DNA of 64,000 bases from a virus (IMGVR_UViG_3300039189_000053:2012-66011), one strand, 5' to 3'; shown: positions 47,938-57,229, numbered from the stretch's first letter. Program-made: numbers and translations. Notes: generated from the sequence alone by a model not told the origin.

Positions 47938-49047
47938 ATGTCCGTTCACCAGAAGGCTTTGGACAAAGCCAAAATCCAACTCATGATGACGCCGGACTCA
48001 GCCTTCTTTACCACGGTCTGCTTCTCCATGAAGCACATCTGGGATGAGTCCATCCCAACCGCCTGTACCAACGGCACCGAAATCCGGTATTTACCAGAAT
48101 TCTTCATGGCTCAGAGCCCTGCAGAGCAACTGTTTCTGATCCTGCATGAAACTCTGCACGTTGCTTTGCAACACGTTACCCGTCGTGGTGACCGTGACCC
48201 GCAGAAATGGAACATCGCCGCCGATTACGTCATCAACTATATCCTGGTCAAAGCTGGCTTCAAGATGCCTCAAGGCGGTCTGTACGACAAAAAGTACGCT
48301 GGGATGAACACGGACAACGTGTACGATCTGTTGCCCGATGAAGAGTCAGGCGGTCTGCCAATGCTTCCAATGGACGACATTCGGGAAGCAGGTGACGATG
48401 CTACGCAACAGGAAACGGCCGAGAAAATCGACGACATTCTGGTGCAGGCTTCTCTGCACTCCAAAATGGCCGGCGATAAAGCAGGCAGCATTCCCGGGGA
48501 AATCGACTTCTACATTCAGAAACTGATCGCTCCCAAACTGCCTTGGGATCGAATCCTGAAGTCGTTCTTCAGTAAAACCATCAAGCAAGGCTACACACTC
48601 CGGCGCCCCAATCGTCGGTTCTGGCCAGATCACTATCTGCCGTCACGCAATTCCAAGGCTTTGTGCCACATTGCGGTGGCCATTGATACGTCTGGATCGG
48701 TGTCCGATGACGAGTTCGCGCGTTTTGCATCAGAAGTCTACTCGATCATGAAGCGGCAAAAACCAACCCAGCTCACTCTGATCCAGTTCGACACCACCAT
48801 TAAAACCATCAGTGAAATCCGCTCAGCTAAAGACCTGCTCTCCACAGAGTTCCACGGCCGAGGCGGTACCCACATTGAGCCTGTGATGGACTGGGCAGCA
48901 AAAAACAAACCCACCGTTCTACTGGTATTCAGTGACGGGCATTTCCGAAACGAGTTCCCCAACCCCAAAGTGCCCATTGTCTGGTTGATCAACGACAACC
49001 CTGGCTATCAGGCACGTTATGGGAAGGTCATCAAATACGAGGCGTAA
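47938..49047 (+). CDS. Metallopeptidase plus vWA domain protein (N4 gp25-like)
   Basis: HETLH...WNIAADYVIN; MIDAS DTSGS, GRGGT and VFSDG. Confidence 0.9.
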   Translation: MSVHQKALDKAKIQLMMTPDSAFFTTVCFSMKHIWDESIPTACTNGTEIRYLPEFFMAQSPAEQLFLILHETLHVALQHVTRRGDRDPQKWNIAADYVINYILVKAGFKMPQGGLYDKKYAGMNTDNVYDLLPDEESGGLPMLPMDDIREAGDDATQQETAEKIDDILVQASLHSKMAGDKAGSIPGEIDFYIQKLIAPKLPWDRILKSFFSKTIKQGYTLRRPNRRFWPDHYLPSRNSKALCHIAVAIDTSGSVSDDEFARFASEVYSIMKRQKPTQLTLIQFDTTIKTISEIRSAKDLLSTEFHGRGGTHIEPVMDWAAKNKPTVLLVFSDGHFRNEFPNPKVPIVWLINDNPGYQARYGKVIKYEA

Positions 49048-49050
49048 CCT

Positions 49051-49281
49051 ATGACACCCTCACTCAAAACCGCCCTGTTCAGGGCGGGCAAGTACACCCT
49101 GCACGAAGCGCCTATGACGGACACCTGGAGTTGGTCTGAAGGCCAATGGATCAACTGGATTGATCAGCACGGTAAGTGGATAAACCCCATTGCTACTTCA
49201 AACACCGTTCGACTGGCCTTCGGCCATCAATGGGTTCAAGACCCTCACACCGGTAAACACCGACTCAAACTCTCTGCATAA
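49051..49281 (+). CDS. Hypothetical Trp-rich protein
   Basis: ORF fills the gap between neighbours; GAGG RBS. Confidence 0.55.
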   Translation: MTPSLKTALFRAGKYTLHEAPMTDTWSWSEGQWINWIDQHGKWINPIATSNTVRLAFGHQWVQDPHTGKHRLKLSA

Positions 49282-49294
49282 AGGACAATGCCAC

Positions 49295-50542
49295 ATGAGC
49301 ATTACACTGACTGAAGGCCAGCAAGCGGCTTATGTGGCCTTCCAACGCTTTATCACCAACCCGGCGCCAGGCCCATTCGTTATTCAAGGCTTTAGCGGCA
49401 CTGGTAAATCCACGCTTGTTGAGCACCTGCTTAACAGCCTCAACAGCGTCATGAAAACAGCCAAATTGCTGGACTCAGAACGTTTTGTACAACGCGACGT
49501 TGTCATGACAGCGACAACCAACCAGGCTGCTGACACGTTTGCCAAAATCACTGGCCAGGACGTTCGCACTATCCATTCTGCACTGGGCCTGCGAGTTCAA
49601 AAAGACTATGCCACTGGCAAAAGCACACTGGTTCCCCGAAGCAATGCTGATCCCATCGAAGACTGTATCGTGTTCATTGACGAAGCCAGTTACATGGACA
49701 AAGAACTGCTGCAATTGGTGTTCAAACGATGCATCAACTGCAAGATTGTGTTCATCGGTGACCCGGCTCAGCTACTGAACGTGGGTTCTCGTTATGCACC
49801 AGTCTTCCAGGCAGGTTTCCCTACCGCCAAGCTGACAGAAGTGGTTCGCCAGGCAAAAGGCAATCCTATTGTGGATTTGTCTACTGCGTTCCGTGACATG
49901 GTCAACACCGGCGAATTCTTCGCGTTCTCACCCGACAACCAGGCTATTCAGCACATGGATCGGAGTACGTTTGAAGACAAGATTATCGCGGAATTCAACG
50001 ACCCCAACTGGCACCATGCTCAATCCAAAGTGTTGGCGTGGACTAACAAGACCGTCATTGCTTACAACAAAGCCATCCGAGCCAATATCAAGGGTGAGCC
50101 AGAGTTAAAAGAAGGCGATTTTGCAGTGTGCAATCATTTTGTGCAGAACGGTAGCCAGGCACTCAAAACTGACCAGATCGTTCGAGTCACCAAGATTTGC
50201 GGCCCTTACACAGTGTTTGGCGTCGACGGCGCTCATTACTCACTGGACGGCCGGCCTGAAGTCTTCATGCCACACAACTGGAACGAAGCCAAAGTACGTC
50301 TGAAAGCCGCCCGCCAAAAACAAGAGTGGTCAATTGTCCGAACCATTGAAGACAAGTGGGCCGATTTGCGAGCGGCATTCTCATGCACCATCAATAAATC
50401 CCAGGGCTCTACTTATGATCGAGTGTTTGTAGACCTGGACGACGTTAAGAAGTGCCACAACAACAACCAACTGGCTCGCATGTTGTACGTTGCTGTAAGC
50501 CGCGCCAGAGAAACGGTGTACTTAACAGGAGATTTGGTATGA
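49295..50542 (+). CDS. SF1 Dda/RecD-like DNA helicase
   Basis: GFSGTGKS, FIDEAS, IGDPAQL, TINKSQGST and YVAVSRA. Confidence 0.93.
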   Translation: MSITLTEGQQAAYVAFQRFITNPAPGPFVIQGFSGTGKSTLVEHLLNSLNSVMKTAKLLDSERFVQRDVVMTATTNQAADTFAKITGQDVRTIHSALGLRVQKDYATGKSTLVPRSNADPIEDCIVFIDEASYMDKELLQLVFKRCINCKIVFIGDPAQLLNVGSRYAPVFQAGFPTAKLTEVVRQAKGNPIVDLSTAFRDMVNTGEFFAFSPDNQAIQHMDRSTFEDKIIAEFNDPNWHHAQSKVLAWTNKTVIAYNKAIRANIKGEPELKEGDFAVCNHFVQNGSQALKTDQIVRVTKICGPYTVFGVDGAHYSLDGRPEVFMPHNWNEAKVRLKAARQKQEWSIVRTIEDKWADLRAAFSCTINKSQGSTYDRVFVDLDDVKKCHNNNQLARMLYVAVSRARETVYLTGDLV

Positions 50543-51060
50543 CCGAGGAATTGGTCTATGACCCCAAAAGCAAACAGTTGATCAAGGATGCGATCTACGG
50601 TCATTTGTACATGCCGGTAAAACGTAACTTTCAAAAACGGTTAGATACGCTGATCCAAAAGAATTCTGAGCTGCACCGCAATAAGCAGCGTCGGTTAATG
50701 TACAAGACCGAAATCTATGAAATGGACGAAGCAGGCCCATTTAACCGTCCTATCAATCAAGTTCATGCAGACCTCAAGCCGCTCATGCAAGAATACATTG
50801 AAGACTTGCAGAAGCTGAACAACCAGGAGTTGCCCTACGTGCTGGGTTTCATTAACCAGGTGCTGAACAGCTCCAACTCCATTCAAGATTATTTTAAAGT
50901 GTTCCCGGAATCCTTACATGGCCCGATCCAGAAATTGATTGATCAGTGTGGATGCCGTACCGAGCACTTACAGCCTGAAACTGTAGAGCGCCTGCAAAAC
51001 CGTAACAAAATCCCCATTGACCTGATGAAACAACGCATGGTTATGAATCTACTGCTCTAG
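50539..51060 (+). CDS. Conserved N4-like hypothetical protein
   Basis: AGGAG RBS; lies between helicase and polymerase. Confidence 0.75.
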   Translation: MTEELVYDPKSKQLIKDAIYGHLYMPVKRNFQKRLDTLIQKNSELHRNKQRRLMYKTEIYEMDEAGPFNRPINQVHADLKPLMQEYIEDLQKLNNQELPYVLGFINQVLNSSNSIQDYFKVFPESLHGPIQKLIDQCGCRTEHLQPETVERLQNRNKIPIDLMKQRMVMNLLL

Positions 51061-51068
51061 GAGCCAAT

Positions 51069-53069
51069 ATGCGCCACATAGTCTATCAACAGTCGGACAC
51101 CTACCCGATTGCACTGCTTATCAAAAACACTGCATTCAGTGCCGACGAGATCCGCAAAGCCTATGTGGAGCCGTTGGCCAAACGCGGTGTTGATGAAGAA
51201 GACCTGCTGGTTATGGACCTGTATTACAACGCGTCCAACAAAGCACCTACCAGCGTCGTTAAAGAGTATCTGGCCAATCTCATGCCAGAGCTCGCTGCCG
51301 TTAATACCAAGCTCATCTACTGTGCTGATGCTGCCTACTTTCGTGAACTCACGAAAAACAAAGGCAAAGCTGAAGCTCACTTGGGCTATGTACTGCCCTG
51401 CGCCATGGAAGGCTACGAACACATGGAAGTGATTCTGGGTGTCAATCACAAATCACTGATGTACAACCCCAACAACGAGCCCAAGCTGCGTATGTCCCTG
51501 GACACACTCGGCAACAAAGCCGTGGGTAACTACGAAGCCCCGGGCAAAAACATCATCCATTCAGAAAATTATCCAACCGGTGCCTGGGCTATTCAGGATG
51601 CCTTAAACGATCTGCACCAGTACGACACGCTGGCCTGTGACATTGAGACTTTCTCACTGGATTTCGACAAAGCTGGTGTTGGCACCGTTACTTTCTGCTG
51701 GTCCCAGCACGAAGGCATTGCCTTTCCTGTGGACTACGTGGAGATGGATGAGCCAGTAGACAATCTTTACGGCAAGCAGATCGACAACCAGCAAGTGAAA
51801 GTTATGCTGCGTGAGTTCTTTGAAACGTACACCGGCACCATCATCTGGCAAAACTGTCCGTTCGATACCAAGGTGTTTATCTACAACCTGTGGATGGACG
51901 ACCTGCTGGATACCAAAGGGTTGCTCACTGGCTTGGACATTCTGCACAGGCGGATCCACGACACCAAGATCATTGCCTATCTGTCTCTGAACAGTTGCGC
52001 TGGTAACAAGCTCAGCCTAAAAGACCTGGCCCACGAGTTTGCTGGCAACTACGCACAGGAAGACATTAAAGACATTCGCAAGATCCCACTGGCTCAGTTG
52101 CTCAAGTACAACCTGATCGACGGTCTGTGTACCTGGTTTGTGTTCAACAAATACTACCCAATCATGGTGGCTGAACAGCAGGAACCTCTGTATCACGATC
52201 TGATGATGCCAAGCCAAAAAGTCATTACCCAGATCGAGCTCACCGGTATGCCCATGAGTCCCACTCGTGTGCAAAAAGCCCGGGCAAAGCTGGAACAGAT
52301 CCTGGAAGAGCACAAAAATGTGTTGTTTTCCAAACGCATCATTCGAAAACTCGAAAACCAATTGACTCACGAAGCTTGGCATAAGGATTACACCGACCGT
52401 CGTGACAAAGCCAAAAACCCAGACAAGATCTTTCCTAAAGACAAAGCCAAGTTCCCGCAGACTCAGTTCAACCCGAACTCGGGTCCGCAAAATCAAAAGC
52501 TTTTGTACGATCTGATGGACTTGCCAGTGCTTGATCTCACCGATTCCAAGCAGCCGGCAACGGGTGGCGACACGTTGGACAAACTGGTTTTCCACACGGA
52601 CGATCAGGACTACAAAGACATTCTCAATGCGCTTGTAGGCTACGGAAAAGCTGCCAAGATTCTTTCGTCATTCATTCCTGCGTTCGAAAAAGCCATTGAT
52701 AAAGAAGATGGCGTGGTGTATCTGCATGGCTCATTCAATCTGGGCGGTACCAAGTCCGGTCGACTGAGCAGCTCCGATCCCAACCTGCAGAACATTCCAG
52801 CCGGTTCGGTCTATGGCAAGCTGATCAAAGAATGCTTTGTACCACCAGATGGTTTCCTGTTTGCAGGTGCTGACTTCAACTCGCTGGAAGATTACATCAG
52901 TGCCCTGACCACCAAAGACCCAAACAAGCTGAAGGTCTACCAAGGACATGAGGTGTTCGAAGTAACTATAAATAACTCCACACATCATATCCGAGAGGAT
53001 GCTACGGTTGTTTATCAAGGTAAACACTATACAGGGAAAGAGTTTTATGAAACCTATAGCGTATTATGA
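51069..53069 (+). CDS. Family A DNA polymerase, N-terminal part (exonuclease domain through motif A)
   Basis: CDIETF, YNLIDG, TKSGRLSSSDPNLQNIP and motif A GADFNSLED; ends with about 40 non-polymerase residues. Confidence 0.93.
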   Translation: MRHIVYQQSDTYPIALLIKNTAFSADEIRKAYVEPLAKRGVDEEDLLVMDLYYNASNKAPTSVVKEYLANLMPELAAVNTKLIYCADAAYFRELTKNKGKAEAHLGYVLPCAMEGYEHMEVILGVNHKSLMYNPNNEPKLRMSLDTLGNKAVGNYEAPGKNIIHSENYPTGAWAIQDALNDLHQYDTLACDIETFSLDFDKAGVGTVTFCWSQHEGIAFPVDYVEMDEPVDNLYGKQIDNQQVKVMLREFFETYTGTIIWQNCPFDTKVFIYNLWMDDLLDTKGLLTGLDILHRRIHDTKIIAYLSLNSCAGNKLSLKDLAHEFAGNYAQEDIKDIRKIPLAQLLKYNLIDGLCTWFVFNKYYPIMVAEQQEPLYHDLMMPSQKVITQIELTGMPMSPTRVQKARAKLEQILEEHKNVLFSKRIIRKLENQLTHEAWHKDYTDRRDKAKNPDKIFPKDKAKFPQTQFNPNSGPQNQKLLYDLMDLPVLDLTDSKQPATGGDTLDKLVFHTDDQDYKDILNALVGYGKAAKILSSFIPAFEKAIDKEDGVVYLHGSFNLGGTKSGRLSSSDPNLQNIPAGSVYGKLIKECFVPPDGFLFAGADFNSLEDYISALTTKDPNKLKVYQGHEVFEVTINNSTHHIREDATVVYQGKHYTGKEFYETYSVL

Positions 53070-53586
53070 AAACCGTTACTTGATTGGGGAAGATGGAAGT
53101 ATTTTAAATCTGGCCAACAATACCAGACTAACTCCCTCAGAAAATCCAAATGGGTATTTAAAAGTCTCGCTGGCTAATGGTGACGGAACGTCTACACAAC
53201 AAAGTATTCATCGCCTTGTCGCTTTGCACTACGTACCTAACCCTTACGGTTATACTCAAGTTAACCATAAAAACGGTAATAAAAAACACAACCAAGACAC
53301 AAATCTTGAATGGTGTGACCCGTCATACAACATAAACCACGCCTTTAAAACAGGGGTACGTAAGGGGTATATGTCTGCCGATGATAAAGAACATCACTTA
53401 CACCAAGTTCTAAATGGTGCTCAAGTTAATGACATCGCCGTACAAATCAGTAGACGGCCTGAAACACTACATAAGATGTTAAGGGAGACATCAAAAAGAT
53501 TAGGTATACACGATCAATGGCAGGCCGTAATGAAGGAGAACCGTAAAAATGCAGCCATTCGGAACCTTACAAAAGTCAACTCTTGA
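53047..53586 (+). mobile_element. HNH homing endonuclease inserted into the DNA polymerase gene
   Basis: NGYLKVSL...IHRLVA..YVPNP....VNHKNGNKKHN...NLEWC...NINHA; AT-rich insert that overlaps both polymerase halves. Confidence 0.92.
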
Positions 53587-54418
53587 AATACCTGACGGAG
53601 CTGATTTCAGTATTAAACACGTAGGAAGTACCGGAGGTTACGATGGTCACAGTCTGCGTGCGTTCACCTATTGGCCTGAAAAATTCCCCTGGGACGAGCT
53701 CACACCTGAGCGAAGCCATGAGGTGAAGAAGGATAAAGGCGATTTGGGCAAAGCCCGTAGCGATTCTAAAGGACCGACGTTTGCACTGACCTATCAGGGC
53801 ACCTGGCACACGTTGGTTAAAAACCTGGGCTTCGCTAAAGCAGACGCACTGCGGATTGAAGAAAACTACCACGAGCTCTACAAAGTCTCAGACGAGTGGG
53901 TGCGCCAACAGTTAGAAGAAGCTTCTCGTGTTGGTCACGTTAGCATTGCGTTTGGTCTGCGGTTGAGAACACCGCTATTGGCCAAAACGTACCGCAACAA
54001 GTCCAGCACACCGTATGAAGCTGAAGCCGAGGGTCGTACCGCTGGTAACGCACTGGGCCAGTCCTATGGCTTGCTAACCAACCGCTCTATAAACGAGTTC
54101 ATGCAGAAAGTCTGGCAATCACGGTTCCGCTACGACATTAAACCAGTGGCCATGATCCACGACGCCAATTACCTGCTCATCAAAGACGACATTGAAGTAG
54201 TCGAGTGGGTAAACCGGGAGCTGATCAAATCCATGGAATGGCAAGATCTGCCGGAGCTGCATCACCCCACGGTGAAGCTGGGCGCTGCATTGGACATTTT
54301 CTATCCATCTTGGGCCGAGGAATGTACTCTGCCCAACTACGCTGACCAGGAGGAAATCCGTGCTACTTGCGCGGACTTTCAAGCTGAGCTGGCCGAGAAG
54401 CAAAAGGACGCTGCATGA
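53549..54418 (+). CDS. Family A DNA polymerase, C-terminal part (motifs B and C)
   Basis: GYDGHSLRA, RSDSKGPTFALTYQG, NALGQS and MIHDA; own RBS AAGGAG at 53533-53538. Confidence 0.92.
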   Translation: MQPFGTLQKSTLEIPDGADFSIKHVGSTGGYDGHSLRAFTYWPEKFPWDELTPERSHEVKKDKGDLGKARSDSKGPTFALTYQGTWHTLVKNLGFAKADALRIEENYHELYKVSDEWVRQQLEEASRVGHVSIAFGLRLRTPLLAKTYRNKSSTPYEAEAEGRTAGNALGQSYGLLTNRSINEFMQKVWQSRFRYDIKPVAMIHDANYLLIKDDIEVVEWVNRELIKSMEWQDLPELHHPTVKLGAALDIFYPSWAEECTLPNYADQEEIRATCADFQAELAEKQKDAA

Positions 54419-54461
54419 ACAATGATCTCACCAATCCCGGCACTCCGTTGAAGGAATAGCT

Positions 54462-54935
54462 ATGCCAATCACCCCACTGCACTTCGCAGCCCTGGCGCCG
54501 GTGAATTACCTGTTCCCAGGTAAGGTCAATCTGGTGTCATTCACCCTGATTAACCTCTGGATGGATGGTAACGCCATTCTGTACTTTGCCTTTGGGCTTG
54601 ATCGTCCGGAGCTTCACGCACCCACCACACACAGCCTGCTGGCTGCTTTGGTGTTGGCCAACATTGTAGCTGTGTGTGGGTTTCGGTCACGCAAGTGGGT
54701 GATTGGCGCGTTCTACGGCGGGATAACCCATGTGGTGCTGGATATGCTGGTACACGCAGAGATGCAGCCACTGTATCCGATCCACTGGAACCCATTTTAC
54801 GTGGGATTCATGGAGCCCCTGTCACTGGTCTTACTGCCCTTCATGGTCTGGTTTATCTTTCAGACCGTGTCATATAGCCGCGACTGGTTCCAAAAACACT
54901 GGGCGGCTCAGTCGTCCGAGCACGGTCAGCCATAG
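54462..54935 (+). CDS. DUF4184-like membrane metal-dependent hydrolase
   Basis: MPITPLH, D, THS and HVVLDMLVH motifs with TM segments. Confidence 0.75.
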   Translation: MPITPLHFAALAPVNYLFPGKVNLVSFTLINLWMDGNAILYFAFGLDRPELHAPTTHSLLAALVLANIVAVCGFRSRKWVIGAFYGGITHVVLDMLVHAEMQPLYPIHWNPFYVGFMEPLSLVLLPFMVWFIFQTVSYSRDWFQKHWAAQSSEHGQP

Positions 54936-55317
54936 CTTTCAGACGATTGACAAGCCGTTTCTGAGTGTCGTTATCTATTGCGATTGCGGCACCCAGGGCA
55001 TTGGCATTCAAGTCGTGCCGGGTATCATTCCGGTGGTCCTCAGAGTTGAGGAAATCCAGAGCCCCCATACCTTCCCATAGGTAGCCTGCACCTTTTGCAG
55101 CGGTACTACCGAACCAACCACCGCCCAGTTCCTTGGCCAGCATCCCTGTGCCGAGTGCGTGTCTGAACGCATTTTTGGTACTGGCGTCCCGGGCACTGTC
55201 CGGGTATTCCCTTTCTGCGATCGCATCAGCCCGTCTTCCTGTTGAGGTGATTGCTTCCAATTTACGAGACATAGACTCAGGCAAATTCTTGATTGAGTCG
55301 AAAAAGTCGTCGGCCAT
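54853..55317 (-). CDS. DUF6973-like protein (NAFRH...DLxxN)
   Basis: NAFRHALG...DLNANALG; perfect RBS GGAGGT; -10-like TACAAT upstream. Confidence 0.7.
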   Translation of the reverse strand: MADDFFDSIKNLPESMSRKLEAITSTGRRADAIAEREYPDSARDASTKNAFRHALGTGMLAKELGGGWFGSTAAKGAGYLWEGMGALDFLNSEDHRNDTRHDLNANALGAAIAIDNDTQKRLVNRLKAMADRARTTEPPSVFGTSRGYMTRSER

Positions 55318-55386
55318 AAGACCTCCCGTTGCAATTTTCTCCGATTGTACCGGGCAGGCAGGCCCTTTTCTTATTAAAGGTGAACC

Positions 55387-55776
55387 ATGCGTGCTTTGCT
55401 AATTGATAAAACCGGCGTTCGTGAAGTCGTGGTCGGTACCCAGTGGGAAAAGATGCAAGCGTTGCTTGAAAATCGCCAACCGGACAAAGACAACGACCAC
55501 CATCTGAAGTCTTACTACTACTACATGGGTTGTTCGACCATCACCGCAGCCGGTGAACTGGACGCCCATCACGTTTGCTACGCCGATGATGAGGCCCTGC
55601 TCAAACTCCAGGACGGTGACCAAGTCACCCGAGTGGATTGGTACCCACAGGAGCTTGTTGGCAAATTGCTGATCACAGGCTTTGACGCCAACTCAGGTGA
55701 TACCCGCCCAGCCACACTGTCTATACCCGAAGTAGAAAGAAGGATCATCCAGACCGGGGAGCTTCGTCATGTATGA
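55387..55776 (+). CDS. DUF3846-like protein
   Basis: YADDEALL...LVGKLLITG. Confidence 0.65.
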   Translation: MRALLIDKTGVREVVVGTQWEKMQALLENRQPDKDNDHHLKSYYYYMGCSTITAAGELDAHHVCYADDEALLKLQDGDQVTRVDWYPQELVGKLLITGFDANSGDTRPATLSIPEVERRIIQTGELRHV

Positions 55777-55868
55777 GGAAGTTCTAGCCGGCGCCGGAGT
55801 GATTCTACTTTTCTTCATAGGCCTGGGCGTTTGCCACTGGCTCGCTGAACCAGAGGACGACTGAAACC

Positions 55869-56387
55869 ATGATTAACCCACACAAACCCAAGTACCATTC
55901 ACTGTACTGGTCCATGGTCGAAGCCGCGGCTGACCAAACTGTAGCAACCCGGCACCAAGTAGGGGCTATTGTCGTTACACCCACTGGTATGATCAGTGTC
56001 GGCTGGAACGGGATGCCGGCCGGTATGGATAACAACTGTGAAAGCACCATGGTACCTGTGTACAAATTTGGTGACATTACACCCTCAAGTTTTCGTCCCA
56101 AAACCAACCCAGAAGTCATCCACGCTGAGCGTAACGCCATCGACAAGATGACCCGTCAAGGTGTACCTACACAAGGCTCCATCCTGTTCGTGTCTCGTGC
56201 GCCGTGCTTTGAATGTTCCAAGGCGTTACACGGTTTGGACCTCAACGCGATTTATTATCGTGAACGGCACGACGATATGCGCGGTGTCAAAATGCTTCAG
56301 GAAATGGGCATTGTTGTTCAGCAGCACTTCACTGTCGAAAAGATTCAGGAACTGAATCAGTATTACAAGCGAGGTGCAGTCGACTAA
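55869..56387 (+). CDS. dCMP deaminase family protein
   Basis: VGAIVV, GWNG, HAERNAI and PCFEC. Confidence 0.92.
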   Translation: MINPHKPKYHSLYWSMVEAAADQTVATRHQVGAIVVTPTGMISVGWNGMPAGMDNNCESTMVPVYKFGDITPSSFRPKTNPEVIHAERNAIDKMTRQGVPTQGSILFVSRAPCFECSKALHGLDLNAIYYRERHDDMRGVKMLQEMGIVVQQHFTVEKIQELNQYYKRGAVD

Positions 56388-56388
56388 G

Positions 56389-56409
56389 CAGGCCTCCGGC
56401 CTGTCTGTG
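56389..56409 (+). promoter_or_regulatory. Class B hairpin motif
   Basis: CAGGCC-TCC-GGCCTG-TCTGTG. Confidence 0.6.
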
Positions 56410-56434
56410 GTCTTTTAAACATTCAGGAGGTCAC

Positions 56435-56668
56435 ATGGTTTTTGATACCACCGTGGCCGGTATCCCATGCCAATGCCTGGTCACCAGCTATCATCCGGCT
56501 GTGCCCATGCGAATCACTGGCAGCGGCTTTGGCGATGCCGAGCCACCAGAAGCGGAAGAATTTGAATTCCGCATTATGGATCGCAAAGGTTATCCAGCGC
56601 CCTGGCTGGAAAGGAAACTCGACAAGGAAGACAACGAACGTTTATTAAGAGAGTTTCACGCGTTATGA
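56435..56668 (+). CDS. Conserved phage hypothetical protein
   Basis: AGGAGG RBS; VAGIPC...DRKGYPAPWLERK. Confidence 0.8.
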   Translation: MVFDTTVAGIPCQCLVTSYHPAVPMRITGSGFGDAEPPEAEEFEFRIMDRKGYPAPWLERKLDKEDNERLLREFHAL

Positions 56669-56874
56669 CATTGCTCGAAATGTTGACCCAAATAAGGACA
56701 ATAATTCGTTCTGCTTGTTTCACAGATATTGTTGAACAAACCGGCGTATCAGAATCAACGGTTTCACAGTGGCGTAATGAGCCTCCTGCATTACCCTCAC
56801 TCAGTGTATTTTGTAAGTTGGCACGTTATTGTGGTTTAAACCCATCCATTAAACAGTTGGAGCAGTTATTTTGA
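56665..56874 (+). CDS. XRE/Cro-type HTH regulator
   Basis: IVEQTGVSESTVSQWRN...PSLSVFCKLARYCG. Confidence 0.75.
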   Translation: MTLLEMLTQIRTIIRSACFTDIVEQTGVSESTVSQWRNEPPALPSLSVFCKLARYCGLNPSIKQLEQLF

Positions 56875-57137
56875 ATTTACTTTCTCCGTTAATTAAAACC
56901 ACGCAACTCGTTGGTAAAACGTTTCAACTTGTAGAAGACTTCCTGGATTACAGAGAAGCAGCAAATAACCCGTCATATAAAGACGGAAACCAACCCAGTG
57001 AGTTTGTCATTGAGCTAGCCCAACGCCTGGAAGAACTCTTTGAAGAAGTTCCAACAGGAGAATCCCTCACCATAACGCTCATGAAAGAATACGATTCTGA
57101 TGATGAGCCTGATCCGGATGAAGTAAGGCTTCATTAG
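56871..57137 (+). CDS. Hypothetical protein
   Basis: Coupled ORF with TTG start. Confidence 0.5.
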   Translation: MNLLSPLIKTTQLVGKTFQLVEDFLDYREAANNPSYKDGNQPSEFVIELAQRLEELFEEVPTGESLTITLMKEYDSDDEPDPDEVRLH

Positions 57138-57229
57138 TAATAGCTGATATAAATTGTAATCTGTCTATTTAATAGCAGCTTACTATCATGTATTATCTCT
57201 TCCTTACATAAATAGCGGAGAAGTGATAC

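Noticed and set aside
52947-53635. Group I intron or canonical (split) intein in the polymerase
   Set aside because: The insert is entirely coding with no room for a P3-P9 core. It lacks the intein N-terminal nucleophile, TxxH and terminal His-Asn, and the C-half has its own RBS.
52944-53635. T4 gene 60-style ribosomal bypass between matching GGA codons
   Set aside because: No stop codon or hairpin follows the take-off GGA, the gap is 689 nt, and independent initiation explains the C-half. Not formally excluded.
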